Below, piece by piece: positions 6,947-13,534 of a DNA stretch of 32,000 bases. The notes beneath the pieces are model-generated. The model did not search any database. It saw only the letters and a list, made by a program, of their open reading frames with translations, and was not told the DNA's origin. Within the stretch, counting starts at the first letter, position 1, and each line of letters starts with the position of its first letter. This stretch comes from Pyrobaculum calidifontis JCM 11548 (GTDB lineage Archaea > Thermoproteota > Thermoprotei > Thermoproteales > Thermoproteaceae): assembly GCF_000015805.1 (NCBI RefSeq), contig NC_009073.1, positions 1,020,001 to 1,052,000 of the forward strand, written 5' to 3'. The position numbers were made by a program, and so were the translations under genes.

Positions 6947-8494
6947 TTAGCCTTTAGTCGACTTGCGCCGTCTAGCCAAGAGGGCTACAGCGACTCCTAC
7001 CACTGCGACTATCGCGCCCAGCGCGGCTATTGTCTCGATAGATGGTTGAGCTTGGCTTGTAGTTGTGGCTGTGGTCACAGTATGCGTAGTGGTTATGGTG
7101 GTCGTCTGTGCAGTTGGGGCCGTGGCTGTTGTCTGAGCGGGCGTGGTCGCCGACGTCTGCGTTGGCGTGGGTGATGGGGTCGTCGTTGCGGTTTGTGTCG
7201 GAGTAGTGGCTATTTCTACTTTTACCCTCGGGAGGTCCAGCGGCCTTGCCGTCTCTGGTTGCACCTTGACTGCGGGGCTGGCGGGCCTTATCTCCACTTG
7301 CGTTGGGACAAGCCGGTGTGCGCCTGGCAAGAGCATCGCCAGGGAGGCCATCGAGTTGGCCGTCTCGCGGAACTGTATCGCCGCGTAGGAGAGGGCCGCC
7401 TCTGCGTCTCTGGCCGGGTCCCCCGACTTGTTTACAACAGCCTCTCTGTGGCCCACGTACACTACGCCTACGGCTATTGTAGAGCCGCCGGGCGCCGACT
7501 CGGCCCTGGCGACTAGCCTAAGCGACGCGTTGCTGGGCGGCCTCTTCACCAGAGGCACAGCTTCGACGGCCGCCGTCGGCATGCCGAGGGCGGGAAGCGG
7601 CGTGGGCATGAAGAGTGAGAGTATGCCCAGAGTGGCGTTTTGGACCAGCGTAGCAATTGCGGGAGTGGCCATTGCCGAGAGGACGTCCGACTTCTCGACG
7701 TCGCCCGCAGAGCGCCAAGATCCATGCCCCCTCAGCACCACGGCGGTGCCCGTCGAGTTTAAGGTGAACGAGATGGCGCCCTCTCCCTCCACTGTGTACT
7801 GCCCAGCGGCCAGCTCCACGAGGGCCTTGACGCTTGCATCCTCTGCGCCGGCCCCCCGCGCCTTCGCAGCCGCCTTAGCCACATCCACTAGGCCTTCCAC
7901 GTAGATGTGCACCACGTCCCTTTCCTCTACACCCCTCAGCGATGTGATCCTCAGGTAGTCAATGCCCGCCTTTGTCAAATTGTTGTTCACCGCCTCTGGC
8001 GTCGGCAACACGAGGGGCCCACTCTGCGTGTTGGGAGCGCGTAGAGAGAGGCTGAATTTCACAACGCCGCCGTTGAGCCGCCCCTCCAGCGCCAGGCTGA
8101 ACACCTCCGTCCTGTACGTGGCGTTGCTAGCCGCAACGTTGAACAGGTAGGAGAAGTTGCCCAAGCCGCCCCTGTACCAGTTCTTCCACGACATGTCGAA
8201 GGCAAAGTAGACACCCGGCGTAAAGTTGCCGTAAAAGGCACCGCTGAGCGTATAGCCGCCCACAAGAAGCCCAGACACATATCTCTCAAAGCCCTCTAAC
8301 AAAAGCGAGCCGTTCAGCACTACCTCGGCCAGCTTAATGCTGAACGAGGCGTTGTAAAACGGTTGTATTGACCCATCTTCATACACCCTGTAGATAAACC
8401 GTACCTCGGAAACGCTCACCGCGGGGAACTGTTGAGCCGCCACAAGCCACGCCAACGCCGCTACTAATATCACCAACGCCAACCTCATACTCAC
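6947..8494 (-). CDS. Secreted, C-terminally membrane-anchored glycoprotein with a Thr-rich stalk (function unknown)
   Basis: 515 aa. N-terminal signal-like segment MSMRLALVILVAALAWLVAAQQ. More than 10 N-x-S/T sequons are visible. A Thr/Pro/Gln/Ala-rich linker (TTPTQTATTTPSPTPTQTSATTPAQTTATAPTAQTTTITTTHTVTTATTTSQ) is followed by one TM helix and RRRKSTKG. TATA-like CATATATAGC lies about 25 nt upstream. Confidence 0.8.
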   Translation of the reverse strand: MSMRLALVILVAALAWLVAAQQFPAVSVSEVRFIYRVYEDGSIQPFYNASFSIKLAEVVLNGSLLLEGFERYVSGLLVGGYTLSGAFYGNFTPGVYFAFDMSWKNWYRGGLGNFSYLFNVAASNATYRTEVFSLALEGRLNGGVVKFSLSLRAPNTQSGPLVLPTPEAVNNNLTKAGIDYLRITSLRGVEERDVVHIYVEGLVDVAKAAAKARGAGAEDASVKALVELAAGQYTVEGEGAISFTLNSTGTAVVLRGHGSWRSAGDVEKSDVLSAMATPAIATLVQNATLGILSLFMPTPLPALGMPTAAVEAVPLVKRPPSNASLRLVARAESAPGGSTIAVGVVYVGHREAVVNKSGDPARDAEAALSYAAIQFRETANSMASLAMLLPGAHRLVPTQVEIRPASPAVKVQPETARPLDLPRVKVEIATTPTQTATTTPSPTPTQTSATTPAQTTATAPTAQTTTITTTHTVTTATTTSQAQPSIETIAALGAIVAVVGVAVALLARRRKSTKG

Positions 8495-8597
8495 CGAAAT
8501 GTATTGCTATATATGAGTTACGTTTCCCTCCACTAAACGGCACCCTATTCATATAACCGTAGTCCAGCCCATATGTATAGAGCCTCCTTGGGCAACT

Positions 8598-8618
8598 GCC
8601 CCGCTTGAGCGGCGGGGC
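8598..8618. repeat. GC-rich hairpin GCCCCGC-TTGAGCG-GCGGGGC, followed by the palindrome GTGATCAC (8629-8636)
   Basis: Read directly: a 7-bp perfect stem with a 7-nt loop, in the 212-bp intergenic region between the surface-protein gene start and tRNA-Thr. Confidence 0.85.
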
Positions 8619-8677
8619 CCCACGAGGTGTGATCACCAGCGTTCCACCACGCCGCCACGCCACCAGCTCTTGTAAAA

Positions 8678-8686
8678 CTTTTTAAG
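8678..8686 (+). promoter_or_regulatory. TATA-like promoter of tRNA-Thr
   Basis: CTTTTTAAG is centred about 25 nt upstream of the tRNA 5' end at 8707. Confidence 0.55.
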
Positions 8687-8706
8687 ACCGCTAAAATGTT
8701 CAGACG

Positions 8707-8799
8707 GCCCCGGTAGCTCAGCCTGGTGGAGCGCCTCACTGGTAATGGCGCATCCGTCGAGTGAGGAGGTCCCGGGTTCGAATCCCGGCCGGGGCTCCA
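8707..8799 (+). tRNA. tRNA-Thr(GGU): tRNA-Thr (anticodon GGU) with a 16-nt intron and genomically encoded CCA
   Basis: Hand-folded. Acceptor GCCCCGG/CCGGGGC. D arm GCTC-AGCCTGGTG-GAGC. Anticodon stem CCTCA (8734-8738) / TGAGG (8762-8766), enclosing 23 nt, which equals a 7-nt loop plus 16 nt. T arm CCGGG-TTCGAAT-CCCGG. Discriminator T, then CCA. G1-C72, C2-G71 and U73 fit Thr identity. Confidence 0.8.
8745..8760 (+). other. tRNA intron (coordinates assume the canonical 37/38 position)
   Basis: ATGGCGCATCCGTCGA lies between A37 (8744) and G38 (8761). Only a degenerate bulge-helix-bulge can be drawn by hand (T33-G34-G35 pairing with CCG at 8754-8756), so the exact splice sites are uncertain. 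Confidence 0.55.
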
Positions 8800-8879
8800 C
8801 TCTTCTGTCCTCTATGGAAGAGGAATGTGAAATCGGCGTCTGTCTTTAGAGGAGGTAGATGCGCTTTAGAGCGACGCGT

Positions 8880-9488
8880 TTAGGCGGACGAGCCGCTGGT
8901 CAAGCTGTGGTATGCCTGAGGCCAGCCCTCTCTCGCTATCTTGAAGTAGGCCTCGTCTATCCCCGTGCTTTCTACTATTGCAGTTATGAATTTGACGATC
9001 CAACGGGCGAGTTCTAGCCTTTGGCGGGGGCTCAGCGTGTTCCACAGCTCGTGGGCGGTCTCCACTGGGTTGGGCGGGTGGGCGCCGCAGATTATGTACC
9101 CCCTCCTCGGGACTGCGCCGATGGCCAGCGCGGGGGTCGGCGGCGGGGCGGGGGGCGGCGTAGAGAAGTATCTGTCCCACTCGGCCAAGTCGATCTTCCC
9201 GTACACCCTCGCCTTTATCACTAGCGCCGCCAGCTTCACCGCAGCGAGCTCCCGCCTCTTGAGCTCCTCTGCCGTTCCATAACAGCGCCACCGCCCCCGC
9301 ACCTCGTGGTAGAGGGAGAGGAGGGGCTCCAGGTACCTCTCCAGGGGGCCTAGGTCTACATGCTCCCCCCTGCATACCTCCACGGGGAGGGGGAGCCACA
9401 CCTCCTTCAGCCTAGGCGCCACGGCCTCGAGGAAGTCTGTACACGCTTCCACGCCCGCGAGGGTGAGAGAGGTGGTGGCTATGAACAC
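8880..9488 (-). CDS. Hypothetical protein (possibly the C-terminal part of a split gene with 9479..9775)
   Basis: 202-aa ORF with a GTG start and protein-like composition. The alternative frame 8866..9399 is R/G/P/A-rich by contrast. There is an internal PPPAPPPTP linker. No family recognised. The frame stays open upstream of its GTG start. Confidence 0.5.
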   Translation of the reverse strand: MFIATTSLTLAGVEACTDFLEAVAPRLKEVWLPLPVEVCRGEHVDLGPLERYLEPLLSLYHEVRGRWRCYGTAEELKRRELAAVKLAALVIKARVYGKIDLAEWDRYFSTPPPAPPPTPALAIGAVPRRGYIICGAHPPNPVETAHELWNTLSPRQRLELARWIVKFITAIVESTGIDEAYFKIAREGWPQAYHSLTSGSSA

Positions 9489-9775
9489 GGCTCTTCTACG
9501 CAGGGGCGCTCGGAGCAGAGGGGGTGGCCCGGCGGGGCCACCACTACGGCATGGGGCAGGTGGGGCAACAGCTCTGCATAGTCTGGAAACACGTAAACGG
9601 CCTCTGCTACGTCAAGGAAGAGGAAGGCCTGTAGCCTGTCTTCCACGTGTATCTGCACGCCGCCCTCCACCTCCGCCGGGTCTACCTCAGCGTAGTAGTC
9701 GACGTGGATGCCCCCGCACTTCTTTGCCAGCGCCAGCCCCCTCTTGCCGCCGCCGAGGATAAAGACCTTTTTCAC
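9479..9775 (-). CDS. Short ORF with an N-terminal dinucleotide-binding (GxGxxG) beta-alpha-beta motif, too short for a full Rossmann domain
   Basis: 98 aa. MKKVFILGGGKRGLALAKKCGG..VDYYAE fits beta1-GxGxxG-helix-beta2-acidic. The C-terminal about 15 aa (LCSERPCVEEPCS) look non-native. It overlaps the next ORF by 10 nt. Confidence 0.45.
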   Translation of the reverse strand: MKKVFILGGGKRGLALAKKCGGIHVDYYAEVDPAEVEGGVQIHVEDRLQAFLFLDVAEAVYVFPDYAELLPHLPHAVVVAPPGHPLCSERPCVEEPCS

Positions 9776-9839
9776 AACGCCCCCCAGTTGGGGGTCATAA
9801 CCCAGTTCCTCGTCACCGGTCAGCGCTGCGAGGCCTTAA

Positions 9840-10220
9840 TCATCCCCTCGCCGCTATTACCGCTATCTCTACGAGGACGTCTCGCGGCAGTCTCGCCGCC
9901 TGCACAGTGACTCTGGCTGGCGGCTTCTCCTTGAAGTACTGGGCGTAGACCTCGTTGAAGGCTGGGAAGTGCCCCATGTCGGCTAGAAATACGAAGGCCA
10001 TTGCCACGTCGTCGAGGGTGTACCCCGCCGCCTCTAGCACGGCCTTTATGTTCTCTAACACTTGCCTTGTCTGCTCCCTTATGTCCCTCCCCACCACCTC
10101 CCCTGTCTTGGGGTCCACCGGTATTTGCCCAGCCACGAAGAGTAGGTTCCCCACTCTCACCGCCTGGGAGTAGGGGCCGATGGGCTTTGGAGCCGCCTCA
10201 GTGTATATAACCTCCTTCAT
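9840..10220 (-). CDS. RidA / YjgF / endoribonuclease L-PSP family enamine-imine deaminase
   Basis: [44 protein letters not shown]...[22 protein letters not shown] is a textbook RidA sequence. I chose the internal ATG at 10220 (126 aa) over the ORF-track start at 10280. Confidence 0.9.
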   Translation of the reverse strand: MKEVIYTEAAPKPIGPYSQAVRVGNLLFVAGQIPVDPKTGEVVGRDIREQTRQVLENIKAVLEAAGYTLDDVAMAFVFLADMGHFPAFNEVYAQYFKEKPPARVTVQAARLPRDVLVEIAVIAARG

Positions 10221-10261
10221 GTCGGAGACTTGGGGCCGGGTTTTAATACTTAGCCCTCCGC

Positions 10262-11176
10262 CTAGCCGCGTAGTAGGCAAGCGGCGGCGCTAGAGAAAGC
10301 GCCAGCGGCCAGAGATAGCGAGGCGCCGAGGACAACCGCGGAGCCTACCTCGGCCACCACCAGCGCGAAGGCAACGGCGTAGGGAACTAGGAAGTGTCCC
10401 CGGAGGCCCCACCTGCCGAGAGCCCACGCGCCGAATATGCCCAGGGACGAGAAGGCTAGGAGGAAGGCGGATAGCGTGAAGAGGGACGTGTACACAACTC
10501 TAAGCCCGTCCACCGCCACTTCGCCGCTCCACGGCGGGATGTTTAAAAACAGGGCGGGGACCCAGCTCACTACACCCACCTCGTACACGCCGAGCTCCTT
10601 CAACGCAGACAGCAACCTCGCGTCTCGAGTCACGTCGCCACAGACGCCGTAGTCGGTGGCCACGTAGCCCAACTGCCGGATTTTCCACACGTCGGCGCCA
10701 AGGGGGACATATGTGGCCGCGCCCCCCTCGCAGGCCGAGACCAGCAGAAACGGAGCCGGGAGAAGCGAGGCCACGCCTACGAAGACGAGGGAGGCTAAAA
10801 ACGTCGCCGCGGCCCTCCTTGCCCAGCGCCCCTCTGCCGCAGTGGCTGGGCGCCAGGCGCCGGCTATATAGAGGGCGAGCGAGGCGGCCGCGAGCAGTAG
10901 CCCCAGGGGGCTCGCCCAAGCGGCGGCGGATGCCAGAGCCAAGAGGTAGGCCGCGAAGAAGTAGCCGTGGAGCCTAAGCCTGCCCAGAGTCCACGCGGCG
11001 TAGAGCCCCAGCGCTGCCACTAAGCCGCCCACGGCGGCGAATATGGCGATGCCGACCTCGCTTAAGTGGCCGATGAGGGCGGGCGCCGCGGCAATGACTA
11101 TAGCCCCTAGGAAGACCCAGACCGCGGCGGCGAAGGCCCCGGCCCTGGAGACTGTCAGAGAGGCCTCTCCGCCCAT
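10262..11176 (-). CDS. Ala-rich polytopic membrane protein with an internal sequence repeat (function unknown)
   Basis: Multiple hydrophobic helices. The repeated motif is [18 protein letters not shown] / [18 protein letters not shown]. There is a central soluble loop with Cys residues. I prefer the start at ATG 11176 because TGTATAAATCC lies about 23 nt upstream. The ORF track extends to 11239. Confidence 0.65.
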   Translation of the reverse strand: MGGEASLTVSRAGAFAAAVWVFLGAIVIAAAPALIGHLSEVGIAIFAAVGGLVAALGLYAAWTLGRLRLHGYFFAAYLLALASAAAWASPLGLLLAAASLALYIAGAWRPATAAEGRWARRAAATFLASLVFVGVASLLPAPFLLVSACEGGAATYVPLGADVWKIRQLGYVATDYGVCGDVTRDARLLSALKELGVYEVGVVSWVPALFLNIPPWSGEVAVDGLRVVYTSLFTLSAFLLAFSSLGIFGAWALGRWGLRGHFLVPYAVAFALVVAEVGSAVVLGASLSLAAGAFSSAAACLLRG

Positions 11177-11240
11177 ATACGTCTCTGCGAACGTGTATAA
11201 ATCCTTTTTTGCGGCATCGGCGTGGGGCGGGGCGTGCAAT

Positions 11241-11248
11241 TTTTATAA
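11241..11248 (+). promoter_or_regulatory. TATA box for the nicotinamidase-like gene
   Basis: TTTTATAA is centred about 22 nt upstream of ATG 11267. Confidence 0.5.
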
Positions 11249-11266
11249 CTGGTGGTCGTATTTTCC

Positions 11267-11872
11267 ATGCTTCCGGCCACTGTCTCTGTGCCAAGGGTGA
11301 CGGTGGTGGACAAGGTGGTCCTCCCGGCGGATAAGACCGCGGTGGTTGTAGTAGATATGCAGAACGACTTTGCCCACCCCAACGGAAGGCTGTATTCCCC
11401 CTCCTCGCGGGAGATTATCCCGAGGATAGCCAAGCTCTTGGCCAAGGCCAGGGAGAAGAAGGTGAGGGTCATATACACCCAGGACACTCACTATCCCGAC
11501 GACCCGGTGGAGTTTCCCATATGGGGGCCGCATGTGGTTAAGGGTAGCTGGGGATGGCAGATAGTGGACGAGCTCAAGCCGGCCGAGGGCGACATCGTGG
11601 TCGAGAAGATGCGCTACGATGCCTTCTTTGGCACGCCGCTTGATCACATACTCCGTATGTACGGCGTGAGACACCTAGTGGTGACGGGCACCGTGGCCAA
11701 CATATGCGTCCTCCACACGGTGGCCAGCGCCAGGCTTAGGCTCTACGACGTGGTTGTCCCCATAGACGCAATAGCGGCACTCAACGAGTTCGACTACGCC
11801 GCCGCGCTGCGGCAGATGGACTTCCTCTACAAAGTCACGTTGACTACGACGGAGGGGGTGGAGTTCCAGTGA
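11267..11872 (+). CDS. Isochorismatase-family cysteine hydrolase, nicotinamidase/pyrazinamidase-like
   Basis: VVVVDMQNDF (catalytic Asp), EKMRYDAF (Lys) and GTVANICV (Cys) are present. The block TQDTHYPDD...WGPHVVKGSWG resembles the PncA metal-site region (DWHP..H...W..HCV). Start placed at ATG 11267. The ORF track gives GTG 11252, which would overlap the TATA box. Confidence 0.8.
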   Translation: MLPATVSVPRVTVVDKVVLPADKTAVVVVDMQNDFAHPNGRLYSPSSREIIPRIAKLLAKAREKKVRVIYTQDTHYPDDPVEFPIWGPHVVKGSWGWQIVDELKPAEGDIVVEKMRYDAFFGTPLDHILRMYGVRHLVVTGTVANICVLHTVASARLRLYDVVVPIDAIAALNEFDYAAALRQMDFLYKVTLTTTEGVEFQ

Positions 11873-12504
11873 CAGACATCTGGCTGGCGCTTGCGCTGGG
11901 GGCCTGGATTCTTTTCGTGGTCTTGGCCTTGACGAGGTGGACGTACGGGCCCCTGGCGGCCCGCTTCGGCCACATGAGGGCCGTCTACTTCAATAGGAAG
12001 ATTATCCACGTGTTGGCCGGCGGCGTCGCCGCAGTGTGCGTGCCGTGTTTCTCAAGCTGGGTTGTCCCCACGGCGTCTGCCCTAGTTCTAGCCGCGTTTC
12101 TCTACTTGGTGAGGAGGCGCTGGCTCCTCTGGTGGTTTCAGGACCCGGACAACATGTATGAGGTCTCGTTTGCAATTGCCTGGGGGGTCGTGGTGGCGCT
12201 GGGCTGGGGCCTACTCGGCGACTGGAGACTCGGCGTAGTGCCGGCGCTTTTCATGGCCGTCGGAGACTCGGCGACGGGGGTGGTGAGAAATCTGCTCTTC
12301 AAGAGGCGGACTAAGCACTGGGCCGGCAACGTGGCCATGGCCGCCGTCTCTCTGCCCATTGGGTGGTTCTACATGGGGCCAATTGGCGCAGTGGCGGGGC
12401 TCCTCGCCAGCCTTGTGGAGAGGCTCGAGTTCCCCCCTATCGACGACAACGTGCTCGTTCCGCTCACCTCCTTCCTCTTCTTAGCCGCGGCGTCTCTCCT
12501 ATAG
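11869..12504 (+). CDS. Polyprenol (dolichol/phytol)-kinase / cytidylyltransferase-family membrane protein
   Basis: 211 aa and polytopic. NRKIIHVLAGG, AVGDSATGVV...FKRRTKHWAGNVAMAA and DDNVLVPL resemble the dolichol/phytol kinase motifs (RK..H..G; GD..A...G...K.W.GS.AM; DDN...P). GTG start, overlapping the upstream stop by 4 nt. Confidence 0.65.
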   Translation: MTDIWLALALGAWILFVVLALTRWTYGPLAARFGHMRAVYFNRKIIHVLAGGVAAVCVPCFSSWVVPTASALVLAAFLYLVRRRWLLWWFQDPDNMYEVSFAIAWGVVVALGWGLLGDWRLGVVPALFMAVGDSATGVVRNLLFKRRTKHWAGNVAMAAVSLPIGWFYMGPIGAVAGLLASLVERLEFPPIDDNVLVPLTSFLFLAAASLL

Positions 12505-13488
12505 CTTCCCCATTATTATGTGGCTGTAGAGGCCCCCCTGGTAGATCACTCTGCGGAAGAGCACTTGCCCCCCTACCTGGCTTATGAACGTCTTGTGGCG
12601 GGGGGTGATGGCCACGTAGAGCGCCTCTGGGCCCCGCGCCAGCCTTCTCATGGCCTCGCCGAGGAGTTTATACAGCCTGCCGACGCGGCCTGGGATTCTA
12701 AAGCCGTAGGGCGGGTTGAATATATACTTGTCGCAGACTGGCCTCATGGCCCGGTGAAGCTTCGTTGAGTCAAACCACAGCACGTCCACCTGGGGGTACC
12801 GCCTCGTGTTAGCCACGGCGCCTTTGACGTGCTTCAGCGAGATGTCGACACAGATGTAGCGCGCCCAGGGCGCGGCCTCTGCGGCCTCGGCGGGTATTGT
12901 GCCCCCGCCGCAGGTCAAGTCGCAGACGGTCTCCCCCGGCCTCGGCTTAGCCAACATGGCCATGGCGTAGGCAATTATGGGGTTTAGACTGGCGTAGTGC
13001 TCATAGACGCGCCACGGCCTATCCTTCAAGCTCCTCTTCGCCACCGTGATCCACACCACCACGTACTTCTCCACCACGTCCACGTTTATCTCCACGTCTG
13101 GGTCCACCAGGCTTATGACGTAGCCGCGCCGCTTTAGCCACTTGCCAACCTCTCTCTCCACGTCGCGCGACGTAAAGGGGTGCGCGCCCACTCTCTCCGT
13201 GCGTATGCCCACAGTGGTGTTCTTAGTCAAATACCGCACGGCCTGTGGAAGATGCGCCTCCGCTACTGCAACTACCTCGTCCAGCGTCTCTGCGTAGCCG
13301 TCGCCGAGGAATACGCCGAACCTTTCCACGGTCCTGAGAGAGAAGAGGGAGGGGGGCTCCGCCTCCACCTCCGCGGCGACGCGCCCAGTAAGATAAGTGG
13401 CGCGGCTCCACCTCAACGCGAAGCGGCGCATCAGCTCCTCAACGACGAAGTCCTCGAGCCCAGGCACCGTTGTTAACAAGTAGCGCAC
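12499..13488 (-). CDS. THUMP-domain RNA (guanine-N2)-methyltransferase (Trm14/Trm11-like)
   Basis: 329 aa. An N-terminal THUMP-like region is followed by a class I methyltransferase domain with CDLTCGGGTIPAEAA (motif I) and FNPPYG (the NPPY amino-methyltransferase motif). GTG start. Confidence 0.85.
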   Translation of the reverse strand: MRYLLTTVPGLEDFVVEELMRRFALRWSRATYLTGRVAAEVEAEPPSLFSLRTVERFGVFLGDGYAETLDEVVAVAEAHLPQAVRYLTKNTTVGIRTERVGAHPFTSRDVEREVGKWLKRRGYVISLVDPDVEINVDVVEKYVVVWITVAKRSLKDRPWRVYEHYASLNPIIAYAMAMLAKPRPGETVCDLTCGGGTIPAEAAEAAPWARYICVDISLKHVKGAVANTRRYPQVDVLWFDSTKLHRAMRPVCDKYIFNPPYGFRIPGRVGRLYKLLGEAMRRLARGPEALYVAITPRHKTFISQVGGQVLFRRVIYQGGLYSHIIMGKL

Positions 13489-13506
13489 GGGGGCTAATTG
13501 ACAAAA

Positions 13507-13515
13507 GATTTATAC
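13507..13515. promoter_or_regulatory. Single shared TATA element for divergent leaderless genes
   Basis: GATTTATAC lies in a 46-bp intergenic region. Its TTTATA core is centred about 23.5 nt from both GTG 13488 (minus) and GTG 13535 (plus). Confidence 0.55.
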
Positions 13516-13534
13516 CTAGGCCTACTCAGAGGCG

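Noticed and set aside
7060-7210. Repetitive-looking DNA in the surface-protein gene, considered as a possible CRISPR or tandem repeat
   Set aside because: It is the codon-level low complexity of the Thr/Pro/Gln/Ala stalk (ACN/CCN/GCN on the coding strand). There are no regularly spaced identical repeats with unique spacers.
8739-8761. Alternative isotype for the intron-containing tRNA (Arg UCG/GCG or Pro GGG), depending on where the 16 nt are excised
   Set aside because: The acceptor stem G1-C72/C2-G71 and discriminator U73 fit archaeal tRNA-Thr, not Arg or Pro. A near-canonical 37/38 excision gives a normal loop (U33, A37). This is kept as a caveat, not a separate call.
6727-8880. Integrated element or genomic island at the tRNA-Leu / tRNA-Thr loci
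   Set aside because: I could find no integrase, no transposase and no direct repeat of either tRNA 3' half in the flanks. The enclosed gene has host-like GC content.
8866-9399. 177-aa ORF in an alternative frame of the 8880..9488 gene
   Set aside because: Its composition is extremely R/G/P/A-rich (MAPPPRGGMQGGACRPRPPGE...), whereas the 202-aa frame has balanced, protein-like composition. Only one of the two can be real.
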